33,862 nucleotides of DNA from Vicugna vicugna (lineage: Eukaryota). The stretch lies in NCBI GenBank assembly GCA_013265495.1, contig MU058423.1, positions 9,967,627 through 10,001,488 on the forward strand. The letters are read 5' to 3'. The notes under the pieces are model-generated. The model was not told the origin of the DNA, did not search any database, and was given only the letters and a program-made list of their open reading frames with translations. This document shows, piece after piece, positions 1-12,130 of the stretch. The translations under genes were made by a program, and so were the position numbers. Every line of letters starts with the position of its first letter. Positions within the stretch are counted from its first letter, which is position 1.

Positions 1-274
1 TCTCATGTTCAAAGTACGTGTCTAATAAACTGTAAGCTACAGAGTAATTGCAGCGTGCAAGCATTCTTGCTTATAAAATGCTAGCAGTTTATCCCTTAAT
101 TATAGGGAGTTTGTCATGTAGTTAATTACCACCGTCTATGAGGAAAAGTCATGATTTTTCTGAAAGCTAAGTAAATGTGAACATTCATCACATTCAGTTT
201 TATGAAAAGAATTAATCATGTGTGGAAACTAGCCCATCATAGCTCAATGTCCACCGAATATTTAAGCTACCAGT

Positions 275-385
275 CACTTTATTACAGCTGTTTGTAATAG
301 CAAGTCATGAAAGGTCTAAATGTGTATCAGTCGGGAAGTATTAAGTCGGCTGAGATACATTCCTGCAATGGGATCCAGCACATTA
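275..385 (+). mobile_element. Old L1 (L1ME-like) ORF2-end fragment
   Basis: 'gctgtttgtaatagcaag...tctaaatgtgtatcagtcggga...tacattcctgcaatggga' resembles the conserved L1 ORF2 3' end (ataatagc...cctaaatgtccatca...tacatccatacaatggaa); highly diverged. Confidence 0.45.
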
Positions 386-419
386 GAGTGGGATGTTTCT
401 GCTTGCGGGTTCTAGAGGT

Positions 420-605
420 CAGCTGACTGGCAAGTTTGGACAACTTGGACCTTGGGCAGCGTGCTTAGGCACTCTGTAACTCAGTTTCCTCATTCGTAGA
501 ATGATTCATACAATGATAGCTATATGAGTTCAACAAGATAATAGTCAGGCACTTGGAAGTGTCTGGCACCCAGGAAGCCCTTAATTATTACCAATTATAA
601 TTATT
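420..605 (+). mobile_element. MIR SINE
   Basis: MIR core 'accttgggcag...ctctgtaactcagtttcctcattcgtagaatg' and 3' tail 'gcacttggaagtgtctggcacccaggaagccc'. Confidence 0.75.
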
Positions 606-842
606 ACTGCTATTAAGCATTGAAATGGATGGGGTAAATCAAGTTGTGGCAAGTTCTCCGATATATTGTAAAATATTTTAAGTTGATATATATATATAAC
701 GTGTCTGTATATGATGAAGCCGGTTATGCAGAATACCACACAAGCTATTTCTAGTTGGATAGGAGGGAGCACGTAGACGAGAGAGAGGAAGGGGAGAGGT
801 ACCTGCAGACACCAATGTGAGAGCAGCTGACATAGTGGACCT

Positions 843-935
843 GGTTTTCTCTCCCGCTCTCTCCCTCTCTTTCTCTTTTTCTCTCCTTTTCTTCCTTCTT
901 TCCTTCCTTTCTTCCTTTTCTCTCCTCTTCTTCCT
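843..935. repeat. CT-rich low-complexity / (CTTC/CTTT)n microsatellite
   Basis: About 90 bp of almost pure pyrimidines on the + strand. Confidence 0.9.
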
Positions 936-2459
936 ATAACGAGGCTATATTCATGAGAAATTGTGTAACTAAATCATTATAATGTTTTAAAATGGTTCAG
1001 TGGTTTTCAGCTGCTCTCCAAGGAGACCTTTGGTCATGCTTCCTTGTATTGACTGCCGATATGTTCAGATTGACCGATGTCTCTTGGAGAAATTTTCCCA
1101 GAGTAATTTCAATCCCTGTGCCCTTTCCTTCTGACTCACACAAACCTTTTGAGAGTGTTTGGTTTATTTTCTCTGCACAGAGACCTTGGTTGTGGCTCAC
1201 ATGCCTTTACTTATGCCTCACGCCCTGGGTCCTGCTTCCCTTGGCACCCCTGTGGTCATCTCCTTTTCAGGTCCTGTCTGTCCTGGGGCCCTGACACGAG
1301 CTGTGGGCAGGTGGCTCTCATTTACGGGATCCACAGTCCCACCCACAGAAAACCCCAGGGAGCCAACTTTCTTCTTCAGCACCATCACTCCTCCTTTCCA
1401 AACTCATCCTTTCCTGCTTCCTGCCTTCAGCAGCCCAAGTATCTCAAACAGAATCTTCAGTGGTGCTGGTTTCAGGAGGTCTCCAAACACACAAAGACAC
1501 TATTCATTACTTTTGAGGGTCCGAGAAAACAGAAGTCTGCCTCTCCTTCTAGGAAATGGAGATGGAAACATTTACGTATTCATTAGCTTTACTCTCCTTT
1601 ATTGGCAGCAGTAAAGTAGAATTAATGTTTTAACAGCTGTGTCACTGAGAGTGAAAACTAGATACAGTAACATTTTAGGCATGTCTACTAGCTATAGTAT
1701 AAATAGATCGAGTTTGAAGGATGTCACCAAAGGACAATAAAAATTTTTCTTTGCCAATAAAAAGTTCAGTGGTGCAGAAATGGCTAAAATCTTATATGAT
1801 CCCAGTAATATCCCCAAATTTCGAAGAGTGAGGATAAGAGATAGGAGCAACCTCTGTTAGAACGAGGAGTCTATTCTATTTAGAGCTCAATTCAGCACCT
1901 TGGACCATCAGGGTTAGCAAATAGGCAAATACACACCAAAAGAAAGCCTTCAGAAGAGAGCAACAGACTCTCCTCTGATCAGGCTTCTCATTAATATGGG
2001 TACACGCCAGGTGAAGGAACCCTTTTCTCAGCTGAATGAGTATCATAAACGGGATGAGGAGTTACCTTTATTTTAAAAAATAAAAAAGTCTGCCTGCAAG
2101 GACTACACCATTTTCTTGCAGTAGACGTTAAGCTGAACAGAATAGCAATCCTGATGTTTCAACAACCTTAGAAATGAAGCTGTGCAGAAATAAAGTGGTC
2201 TTCCTGGAAACGCCCTTGGCCTCAGCTACTGCCCCCACTTGCCACTCAGGCTGGTAAATCATCCAAACAATATTATAAAACTACATCCTCCAGCTCTTCA
2301 GCTCCAGAGCCAAGTGAAGGATTCCCTGACGATTCCTGCAAGCGGTGAGGGGATCTTTGACGACTCTTCCCCTACTCCTTTTAGGAAGATAAACTGAGCT
2401 GAATCTATTCTGATTCAAGTATAAATAATCTGGACAATTACTTAAATCCTTTAAAATGA

Positions 2460-4060
2460 TTTCAGGACACGTAAGAGATATATATTTTAAGAGTCAGAAT
2501 CTGTTTTTGAGGGGGAAAAAAAGATTAACTACAAGAATTTAATAAAATTTATGATAGCATCTCCTTTCCACTGTCAAGGAAATGAAAGAAGATGTGTGAA
2601 ATGAGAGATGAAAGCGAGCTGGAGCAATGGCACAATTAGGAAACTAATGTAAGATAGCAAATAATGTCATGGCAAGATGAAAGGCAATACTAGAAACCGT
2701 AAAGAACTAAGTCCACAGTGGGGAAAGTCAAACCAGTCATGGTAAGGACAGGTTCCAGCATATGCAGTAAAAGAACAAGAGAATAAAACTGATCTGAGTA
2801 AAGATGACAGATACAAAGAACATACTGCTGAAATCTAACATGCAAATCATTGTAGATCCTAAAAAGAGAACAAGTGGAGCTTTGGCAATATTCAGGTAAA
2901 TTCCATAAATATCTGAATCTTTAGGCTAGAAGGGTTAAGAGAATACCAGGTAAAATTAAAGTATATGCTAGAATTTAGATACATACTTCTCAGTGAAATT
3001 TTCTAATTTCAATACTGCAAGAAAGAACTCTACAAATATTGTGGTTGGTGTTATTAACGCTCCCAGTTATTAACCACTCCCTTCCTCAGGCCGAGTGTCC
3101 CTCCTGCTCCAGGTACTTTGGGCTTGGCCAGTGACACATGAATGAACCTGATATACAGCCCATCAACTGGAAACTTCTAGAGTCATCAGGAGCTTCTGCC
3201 AACCCTGTTGCTCTTGAGCCTTCTTCCAGGAGAAGGCCATGTTCCAGAAGGGGGCTTCTCTGCCAGCCCGGGTCCCCAAATGGGAAGCTGTGGGAAGCAA
3301 ACCAACACCCAGACTGTAGCCTGGAGCAGGTTCATGGAACCTGACCACCACCATGGAGCATGAGGGAGGAACACACATTTGTTGTTGGGATCCAGTGGAG
3401 CTTCTGAGGTTGTAACATAATATACCTGGTGGAAGCTAATACACACAAAACTTATACCCCAAGACTAACAGCATGCTAGCCTGAGACTTCTCCCTCAACA
3501 GCATGAGATGCCAGAATAGAGTGGAGTAATGTCTTCCGAATTTTCAGTGAAAATTTTTGTGACGTAAGAATTCTCTTCCCACCCAAAAGGTCATTTAAGT
3601 ACTAAGATAACCATAAAATACTGTATATGTAAGAATTCAGGAATTATATTACTCATGAAAGGTACCAGAAGATGTTTACCAACTAACTGAGTAAATCACC
3701 AATATCTAGAGCTCTGACATTGAGAAGAGTCATCATATAAATGGATTGGCAGGAGATACAGGAACTATTTAAATATAGAATTAATTAGAATTGACTGTGG
3801 TAAATAAAGTAGCGGGAACAGTGCAAAATTATAAAATTCATTTGAAGAGAAGATACATAACAAAGTAAATTAACACAACAGTGACAGGATGGGAGAGAAA
3901 TCTTAAACAATACCAACAAAATTATCCAAGTATGGTAATGTGGAGATTTTTGTAAAGGAGGAACTCAATATTACTATTTCATTCTTGCATTGCTAACTAG
4001 AAAAAGTTAGGTTCAAGCATTTTTGAAAAATAAAAGTTATCAGGAGTAGTTTAAAATAAT
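2460..4060 (+). mobile_element. Degenerate HAL1 / ancient L1 ORF1 region, interrupted by an MLT1 LTR
   Basis: A-rich purine bias. 3485-3600 translates (with a frameshift) to DFSLNS..DARIEWSNVFRIFSENFCDVRILFPPKRSF, matching the L1 ORF1p C-terminal motif DFS..T..ARRQW..IFK.L.E....PRILYPAKLSF. No ORF2 endonuclease follows. Confidence 0.65.
3040..3443 (+). mobile_element. Old MaLR LTR (MLT1H/I/J-like)
   Basis: Starts TGTGGTTGG, ends 'gctaataca'; internal 'ggcttggccagtgac', 'ccatgttccaga...gccagcccgggtccc', 'cacatttgttgttg' are typical of MLT1. Confidence 0.7.
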
Positions 4061-4496
4061 TTTAAAAGACCAATGACAAAATGCTAAGATTTAAATGACA
4101 CACTTGCCAATGGGTCGATGTCTGTTAAAAATCCTCATTGAAAAATGGGCAAAGTTCAAAAATTGGCAAGTCATTAGAGATCAAATGTAAATGAAAAGGA
4201 AGTATATAGAAAAGTGTTCTCTGCCACGTTTGATGAAATTCACGAAGTGTCTTTTATGCAACACTGTAAAGTTGGTTCTTACCCTGTAAGCAAGGGGGAG
4301 CCTTTAAGGAGTGTAAGGAAGGAGATGGCATGTTCAGAATGGAAAATAAATTGCAGCAAAACAAGACAAAACAAAAGCCAATCTGAGAGGCCGCTGTGAA
4401 ACTCCAGGTAAATGGTAACAGTGACTTAGACTGGACCACAGTGCAGCCCTGTTATGCCACTGTCGCTGATCAGATGCTGATTCTGAGCAGAGGAGT

Positions 4497-4840
4497 TGTC
4501 TTACTCCGTCCAGGCTGCTACGACAGAATACTGCAGACTGAGTGGCTTAGAAATAGCCTCGGAGGCTGGGATACCCAAGATCGAGGCGCTGGCGGATTCA
4601 GTCTCAGCGAGGGCCCCCTTCCTGGTTGTAGATGGCCACCTTCTCCCCGTGTCCTCACACGGCAGCAGGGGTCAGGGAGCTCTCTAGAGTCTTTCTTGTA
4701 AGAACACTTATCCCGTTCATTGAAGGACTCGGCCATCATGATCCGATCACCTCCCCAAAGCCCCATTTCCTAATAGCATCACACTGGGGGCTAGGTTTCA
4801 ACGAGTGAACCTGCGGGGGACACCCGCACTCAGTCTACGC
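4497..4840 (-). mobile_element. MLT1A-like solo LTR
   Basis: 'tgtcttactccgtccaggctgcta...cagactgagtggctta...ggaggctggga...ccaagatcgaggcgctggcggattc...cacctccccaaagccccatttcctaatagcatcacactgggggctaggtttcaac' is the reverse of the MLT1A consensus. Confidence 0.85.
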
Positions 4841-5959
4841 TGGGGCTCCCTAGCCCAGTGCTTTACAGTGGAAAAGGGCCGACCGCTGGCCAGCAGGTCA
4901 GTAAGACAGCTGTCCCTCTGCCCCACCCACCTCAGGAGACACGCTGACCTTTCACCTGGGGCGCTTTCCTGTCCTCTCTTCAGAGACTTCTCTTGTCCAT
5001 AAGTAAAGGAAAGGGATTACGCTGACTTCCTTCCCGGGACCCTCCTGGGTCCAGCTGCCTTCATCCCAGCAGCAAAGCACTGACTAGTTTTATTTTTTCT
5101 CCCTTTCTTGCCCCTTGCTTGTTCTTGCTCCGAGGCGGAAAGCTGCCATTCCGATCTGCACATGCAAATGATGCACGCAGATGCCTTGTCAGTCTTAACT
5201 GATGCCGAAAAGAAAATCTAGGGAAAGGGACACTGTCTGGCAAGGGAACAAAAATGTTTAAAAATAAACATAAGGATGGGTGGCGTTGGGTAGAAAATGG
5301 AATATTTCCCGTAGATCTAACAGGAGTTGTTACCTGCCTAGTTTTATTAAGGCAATTAGAACTGGCCACTGTGCGCACTTATGGCTGGCTAGTTTGAAGT
5401 GACTTTGAAATAACTTAGTGGACAGAGCCAGGTATAAGAAATGCTCTTTGAGATTTTTTTTTTCCCCTGTCTGAGCCGAGGCATTGTTTTTTAAGTTTCT
5501 GTGATCTAATCATTTAAAACAAAGGTAATAACTTCTTGCCAATGAGAAACGGAAGGTAACGCTAGGAATAATTTACAAGATTACAGTTTTGTACGTCAGG
5601 TCAGGGACTTCCCACTAACCTACACTATCCAAGGAGCTCATGGTGTGAAAGCACTCCCTGATTCACACAAGTATCTCCTGAACGAACGTGGTAAGCAATG
5701 ATGACAATTATAAAAATCTAAAAATGTCATAAGGAGTGTGTACTATTACAGATGGAAATGACCGTGTTTTGTTTAATTCCCATGGCAACTGTAAAGGAAA
5801 ATTATATGGATAGGAAAATTCTAAGGGAATTCACAGTGACCCAGGGAAGTACATGCATTGACATTTACCTTGATGGTTTTACAGATGGTAAAATCACAGA
5901 CATCAAGGTGAAGCCTGAGCTGAAATTTAGGCATGATGGGAGGAACAGGGGGATGTCCG

Positions 5960-6170
5960 GGATGGAGGACCAGACTTCTGCAGCTGGCAATCCTGAATTT
6001 GGAGCTTGTTTTGGCTATATTATAACGAGGTGGGACTAGACAAATTACTCCTCATCTCCTTACCTGAAAAGTTGATAGAATCATGATTTCCTTCTAGAGT
6101 AATAGTTGGGATTAATAAATCTCAGATAAACTACTTAGCACATGGTAGGTGCTTCACACAAGTTAATTTC
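5960..6170 (+). mobile_element. MIR SINE (diverged)
   Basis: 'ggactagacaaattactccctcatctccttacctgaaaa', 'gttgggattaataaat', 'cttagcacatggtaggtgcttcac'. Confidence 0.55.
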
Positions 6171-7619
6171 CTCCTGCAACAATAATGATTCCCATCGTAG
6201 GATTTTAATTTTATTTTGGGATGGGATACCTCTACAGATATATTTCACAGATTTAAAAGCTTGTACAGATTGTCTATGTCATGCATAGCACATGTGGCAG
6301 AAAATATTATAGTATAAAATGTTGCATACATTAGTGTCAAAGCAACAGCAAAACAATCCAGTGTTTCCTTGCCAAGGCAAAGATGATTATACATCACGGT
6401 GCTCTCTGTGATAAATTCCTTTGAGGTTTCAGAACGCTGTGCATGAATAACTCTGGCAATCTATTTAAGAGTCAGTTGCTTTTCTATAATGCAAATCTTT
6501 GTTTTACAGAGCTGTTGAACTGTAATGTAAATGTTATATAGGACCTTGTCAAAACAACTTTATTAGTGAACAGAGATTGGAATAGTTAGTGGAACTAAAT
6601 ATATTTGTATTTTAGGCTTCTTTTTTTCTCAATCCAAGCTTTGAACACTTATGAAAAATATTTGAAGTAAATCAGTGTTTACATGCTGTACTCTGTTCCC
6701 ATTTGTTAAATTTAATTTGGCTTAAAAAGGCAATTGAAAATGAAAGCTTAAAATTCCGACAGGCCTCAGCGTTTTAAGTTAGAAGAACTCACATATACTC
6801 TTATTACTTTGCCATATGTCGTTTTTCTTATTTGTGCTGCCATATAGCCATTATTTCCCCACGCTATTTCTATATCAGAGTATACTACACAAAGAAGAAA
6901 AGCCAGATTTTTTTTGTCTAACAGGCCTTTTATAAAAACGTGTTTTCAGTAAATTACTTTTGAATATAGACAAGCTCTCTCATCTCATTTTATGAATAAA
7001 TGTGGAGTTGATGACTGCATTTTAAGTTATATGATTCCTACAGTTGTTAGTTAAGGAGAGAACAGAACAATGATGGATTAAAAAAAAATCATTCTCAGTG
7101 TACACATCCTTAGTTACACATGGAAAACGGCTCACACCTGTTCACCCCCCTCTTCTCTCAACTCAATTTCCTTTGGGTGGACCATCCCAGAGGCATTGTC
7201 GAGGCCTTCAGAATCAGTCCAGAGCACCATGACACAATGAACTTTTGTTTTGTAGAGAAAACGTAAAGTTTTCATTTGACTAAAACTAGGAAAATAAGCA
7301 ATGACCCCATTCACAGTCTTGTGAAACAATCACTCTCGTTTGTTGTTTCTATTTAGGGGGCAACACGTGATTCATGAATATTGTTTAATATTTTAAAGTC
7401 TGGCTAGCTAGGCAAAACAAAAATGAATAGCATCCTACCACAGAAATCATTGGAAATATTGTCTTAAAATAGCCTCTGAGGCCCCATGGGTGTGTGTAGG
7501 GGGGATTGTGTGAGGTACAGGGTCCCCTGGACGTTCCTTCCTATAGCCTGCGTTTGCTCACTTCACAGTATATCATGGACACGGTCACAGATCAGTGAAT
7601 CCGTAATCATCTCAACCAT

Positions 7620-7830
7620 GACTGTAAAAGCTAACCTTCAGTGAGAGCTTCTTATGCATCTGGAATTATGCAAAGAACGTCACACATAAGACACCACTTT
7701 AGTTTTTGCAGAAATCACTCGAATGTATCTTATCATTCCTATTTTACAGAGAAAGAGACATAAAAAGGTTAAGTAATTTGTCCAAAGGCACACAACCTGT
7801 CTGTGTTCTGAAATTGGAATACAAAACTGT
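7620..7830 (-). mobile_element. MIR SINE
   Basis: 'tatcattcctattttacagagaaagagaca...aggttaagtaatttgtccaaaggcacaca' is the reverse MIR core. Confidence 0.75.
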
Positions 7831-7959
7831 ATTTTCCAGTTTTTATTTGTATTTCATGTTTATCACTTCAGAGCTCAAAATCTTAATTGCTATATATATT
7901 AGAGAATTACGTTGAAAACATTTTAATCCCTGTAAATTAACCATTACCTGAGCTACTCC

Positions 7960-8280
7960 TAGAGGACTGCTTCCACTTCCAGTTTCCCGTACTTATAAAC
8001 AATAGTAGGGTCAACATCTCTAAAATAGATTTGTAAGTTCAGTCAATAATGTATTTAAGCTATATTCAAAGAAGTGGAAATGCTGGGGAAAAAAAGAAAG
8101 GACAAGTACTCTTAAGGTTTTTGGTTTGATTCATATTCTGAATTATTTCCAGCAGTGGAGAATATTGTTCTTAATAATCTGCACCAATTTCATAGGTCAA
8201 AACTAAATGAAGTACCTTATTTTAATTTGTATTTTTGAATACTTTCCCATACATTTATTTTATATTTTTCTTTCTGTAAC
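7960..8280 (-). mobile_element. Old L1 fragment
   Basis: 'ttccagtttcccgtacttataaacaatag', 'gaagtggaaatgctggg', 'accttattttaatttgtatttt' resemble the antisense L1 ORF2 end. Confidence 0.45.
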
Positions 8281-8377
8281 TGAGACAATCAGATATTGAA
8301 ACAATAATTCAATAAAAGACAAATCAAATTCTAGGCACCACTTGATGTTTAGACTTGATTCATGGAGATGCATGGTC

Positions 8378-8985
8378 CTTTTTTTTTAATTAGGGCTTAT
8401 TAAAGGCATAATTTCCATTGTATAAAATTCCCCTTTTAGCATATAGTTTTATGAGTTTTGACAAATACCTACCATCATGTAATCATCACCGTAATCAAGT
8501 TATAGAACATTCCTATGACCCTGAAAGTTTCCATCTTTCCCCTTTGTAGTCAACCCCTCCTTTTGTCCCCAACCCCTGGCAACCACTAGTCTATTTTCTG
8601 TTTGTATAGTTTTGTCTTTCCTAAGATGTCATATAAATGGACTCATACAGTATGTAGCCTTTTGAGTCGGACTTCTTTCAGACTTGTTTCTTTGCATAAT
8701 GCATTTGAGATTCATTCATGTTATCACCTGCATTATAGTTTTCTTTTTCCCTTTTTATTGCTAGGTAGTATTCCATTGTATGGATATACTACTTTTTTTA
8801 AATCCATTTACCAACTGAAGGACATTTGGGTTGCTTCCAGTTTTTCCTAATTATGAATAAAGCTGATGTAAAATTTTATGCACAGGTTTTTGTGTGAATA
8901 TATATTTTTCTATCTCTTGGATAAATACCTAGGAATGGGATTGCTGGGTTGTGTGGTAAATGTATGTTTACCTTTACAATTTTTT
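8378..8985 (-). mobile_element. L1MB-like 3' end (antisense)
   Basis: Poly-T start, 'atgagttttgacaaat', 'cccctggcaaccactagtctattttctg', 'atataaatggactcatacagtatgtagcc', 'gtattccattgtatggatata', 'ggacatttgggttgcttccag', 'aaatacctaggaatgggattgctggg'. Confidence 0.9.
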
Positions 8986-9519
8986 CTGAAATACCTGTGT
9001 CATGCCTAATGGCCCTTATGGTTTTGAGTGGTTGTGAAATGAATCTTGATGTGGCTCATCCAGATTTTTGTTGATTGGTTCTTCTTTCTTAAAATAGGCC
9101 AGTTTCTAAATAAGGAGTTTTAATCAGTTCCCAGTTATACAAGAACTTACCATGCACTTGGTATATTACCTATATCCTCTGATTCTTCTCTGTCAAGCAT
9201 TGGGCTGCTTAGAAAATCTAATGCATTTTAAAAAGTTAAAGAGAAATAAATAAGAAGCCAATTAGATAGATGAAAATGTTAGTATCAAACAAGGCATAAG
9301 TACAAGTTATGGATGAGTTACCTTTCTTGTCATCACTTGCTATGTACAGTAAAATTTTCTTTGTTATTAGATTTATGGAATACATGGAAGATGTAACAAA
9401 TATCAAATAAGAAGCACTGTGGTACATTCCCCAGGGCTCAAGATCTTGTTTACAGTTTCAGGAGTCTGTACTTTTATAGATTTTATAAATAGACAATTTT
9501 ATAAGCAAGTTCAGAACAG

Positions 9520-9930
9520 GGTGATGATAGTTATGCTAGAAGAGTACATAAAGGAGGACCTTCCCAAACTCAGAAATGCTTGCAACATCCTCTGAGTAGA
9601 GACCTGAAAGACTGTTAGCCAAGGGAGGAGGAGAGAGAAGAATGCTCAGGTAGAGGAACCAGCTTGCACCACGATTTTGTTTGACAGGTGAGATAGGAGC
9701 CCAGAGGCAAAAGACCTGACACTGCCATTAAAGAGTATTCGGGTGGGGTCCAGAATCAGTTAGAAATAGAGTAGGGAAGAAACAAGACGGACTGGGGCAG
9801 ATGAACAGACATTGGTTGGGAAATTTCCACAGTGGCCAAGGAAACTCTAGCATGAGGAAGGTAGAACAGGAGGTAAATTGGTAAGTTGGGTTGGTGGTTG
9901 AGAATATACTTGGGAATATGGGCTAAAAGC
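9520..9930 (-). mobile_element. L2 LINE fragment
   Basis: Purine-rich 'tctgagtagagacctgaaaga...agaatgctcaggtagaggaaccagcttgca' typical of antisense L2. Confidence 0.5.
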
Positions 9931-10260
9931 ATGTTGGACAAGTCATTAGAGTTAGGGAAGTTAAGAAACTCGGATAGAGTAAGGGACACCTGCATTCGCC
10001 AAGTATCATAACCACAGGGGTATTAACAGACTTGACTGGAGTTTCACGTCAGTGTGTTGGGAAACACTGAGTTAAAGTGAAACATGGCTGTTTGTTGTAG
10101 GTCTTCTCAACACCTCATGCACCATGAAACTCTAAGCAAGGAATATAATGTGCGGCTCTTCCCAACAGCATTTGAACACAGAGATTTTTTTTTTTTGAGA
10201 ATCATTCAGGATTACTGCTTTTTTAAGCAAAGCTCTATTTACCAGAGAAATGAGAGTTTT

Positions 10261-10412
10261 TTAAATTTTTAATTTAATTATTTTGGGGGGAGGTAATTAG
10301 GTTTATTTTTTTTTTAATTTTATTATTTTTATTGGAGGTACTGGGGATCGAACCCAGGACCTCGTGCATGCTAAGCATGCGCTCTACCACTAGTTATATG
10401 CCATCCCCCTCA
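10261..10412 (-). mobile_element. Camelid tRNA-derived SINE (Vic-1-like) with target-site duplication
   Basis: 'ggggggaggtaattaggttta...ggaggtactggggatcgaacccaggacctcgtgcatgctaagcatgcgctctaccac' gives a tRNA-like head with B box GGTTCGATCC on the minus strand. TSD aaatgagagtttt (10248-10260) / aaatgatagtttt (10413-10425). Confidence 0.85.
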
Positions 10413-10494
10413 AAATGATAGTTTTAAGGAAAGAATTGTTTGTGTGTACCCGACATTGCTCACATTGCTAACTAATCACTTTCTACCTTCCTGA

Positions 10495-10693
10495 CAGTGG
10501 TTCTCAGACTGGTGTAAAATGGAATCCATCACTTGCAGGACTTGCAAAAAAGGCAAACTTCTGGAATGCGTGCTCAAGAACCTGATTCAGTAGGCCTGGG
10601 CTTGAGCCGGGCTCTGCAGTGTGTCAGGCACCTAGGTGACTGGGATGTGGCACTGGCAGTTGGCCTGGATCCAGCTGGGCCTGCAGAGCTTCT
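10495..10693. mobile_element. MER5A-like hAT-Charlie MITE
   Basis: Starts 'cagtggttctca'; internal 'ctgattcagtaggcctgggcttgagcc', 'caggcacctaggtgact'. Confidence 0.6.
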
Positions 10694-10697
10694 GAAA

Positions 10698-10848
10698 CAG
10701 TGATTTTTAATATTGGCTACACAGTAGAAATAATCTGGAGAGCCTTTAAAATGCCCACTGATCAGGCCGCACCTCGGAGCAATTAAATTCCAACCTCTAG
10801 GGCTGCGGCAGTAATCTTTCCAACCTGCAGCCAAGCTGAGAAGCTGCG
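10698..10848. mobile_element. MER5A/MER5B-like hAT-Charlie MITE
   Basis: 'cagtgatttttaatattggctacacagtagaaataatctggagagcctttaaaa...gcagccaagctgagaagc'. Confidence 0.6.
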
Positions 10849-11587
10849 CCCCTGAAGGGCCAGCGTGGAAAGCCGTAGGCTTCTCCGGCTCCTCGGGACT
10901 TGGAAATACTTCCTAAGCTCTAGAGTTCGCACTCCGGTGAAGGCTCTCCTGCCTCCGGTTTAATTAGCTTATCAGAGAAGGCCACCCAGAGATTCCTCCT
11001 TTCTCCAGGGAGAAACGATTCTCTCCGAAAGTAGCTTTCAGCCTTTCTCCAAACAGCAGAAAGGGAATTCCTGAGAAGAAACAAAGTTCTGAGCTAATAT
11101 AAAACTCTCAATTGAAACAGAACCACTGGAAACTGGTTCCAAAAATGTCATCTCTCCTGAGGCAGCTCTGGTTCTATCATATTTAGCTTTTATGTCTTCA
11201 CATCCCCAACTGTTTTAAACAAGAAGTGGCCTAGCATGAGGTCTGCAGTGTTTCACAGTCTCAAGTTAGAGGTGTTCTAATAATTTCTTCTTAGATGGAC
11301 CTAACATCATTTCTTTTTTCCTAAAGTGCTCACCAACCTCACAACGTACCAGGAGGAAAACTTCATGTGACGAAGTAGTCTTGGAGCGCACACTTTATAC
11401 GCTACAGCTTTTCTTTCTTCTTTCTTCTCCTGCCCACTTTGCCCTCATTAAAAGACATAGTGGAGGCAGGAAGGAAGCAGATAGCAAAATAAAGACGGCC
11501 AGTGTTTGGGAGTAGGACATCCATCTACCTGCCGCCCCCTGATAAAATGTAGGCTGCATCCATGTTGCATCCGAGTTGTTGATTATT

Positions 11588-11866
11588 AAGGACCGCAATT
11601 CCTTACCCTCAATCATCAGTGCTAGGTGTTTTTCAGGATTGAGGTATTTTATGTTTTACGGAAAGATCCTGTATATTCTGTTCCATAAGCAGGATCTTGG
11701 ACAGCGCTTTATAATCAAAGATGGATATTTCTGCAGCACAAACCAGAATACCAATGGCCTCACAGCAATTCAGGTTTGTTGTTTTGCCACCAAATGAGTT
11801 TGCACCAATCTTTCGGGAAATACTTGGGTTTTAAAGTTTGTTTGGATATTAAGATTGTAGACTACA
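11588..11866. mobile_element. Old non-autonomous TcMar-Tigger-type element (subfamily uncertain)
   Basis: Degenerate TIR-like ends 'aggaccgcaattcctta' / 'taagattgtagac'; internal 'tttctgcagca' and 'gttttgccaccaaatgagttt' recalled from a mammalian Tigger MITE consensus. Confidence 0.45.
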
Positions 11867-12009
11867 GCATTATAAAATCCCAACCAATTAGTTTTAAAAC
11901 TTCTAGATTTCTTTTTTATTTTTTCTTTCTCTCTTTTCTTTCACTTTTTATCTTGTTTCTCTGGCTTTTATAGACAACTGTAATGGTGTGTTTGAGTAAA
12001 GGATCTCTG

Positions 12010-12130
12010 CATATCATCTCATTTAAGTTTAATAAAAATCCGTTCCAATAGGTATTATTATTTCCATTTCACAGATGGGAAAGCTAAGTCTCTGAAAGGT
12101 TAAATTGTATGTGAAAATTTCAGTTGGTCA
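12010..12130 (-). mobile_element. MIR SINE
   Basis: 'taggtattattatttccatttcacagatgggaaagctaagtctctgaaaggttaa'. Confidence 0.75.

Noticed and set aside
992..1614. Overlapping 100-151 aa ORFs
   Set aside because: No recognisable domain, several frames open in a locally GC-richer stretch, and no consistent exon structure; the candidate minus-strand exon near 1550 has stops in all three frames
10335..10410. tRNA gene
   Set aside because: It is the head of a SINE with an AT-rich tail and TSD; no complete cloverleaf
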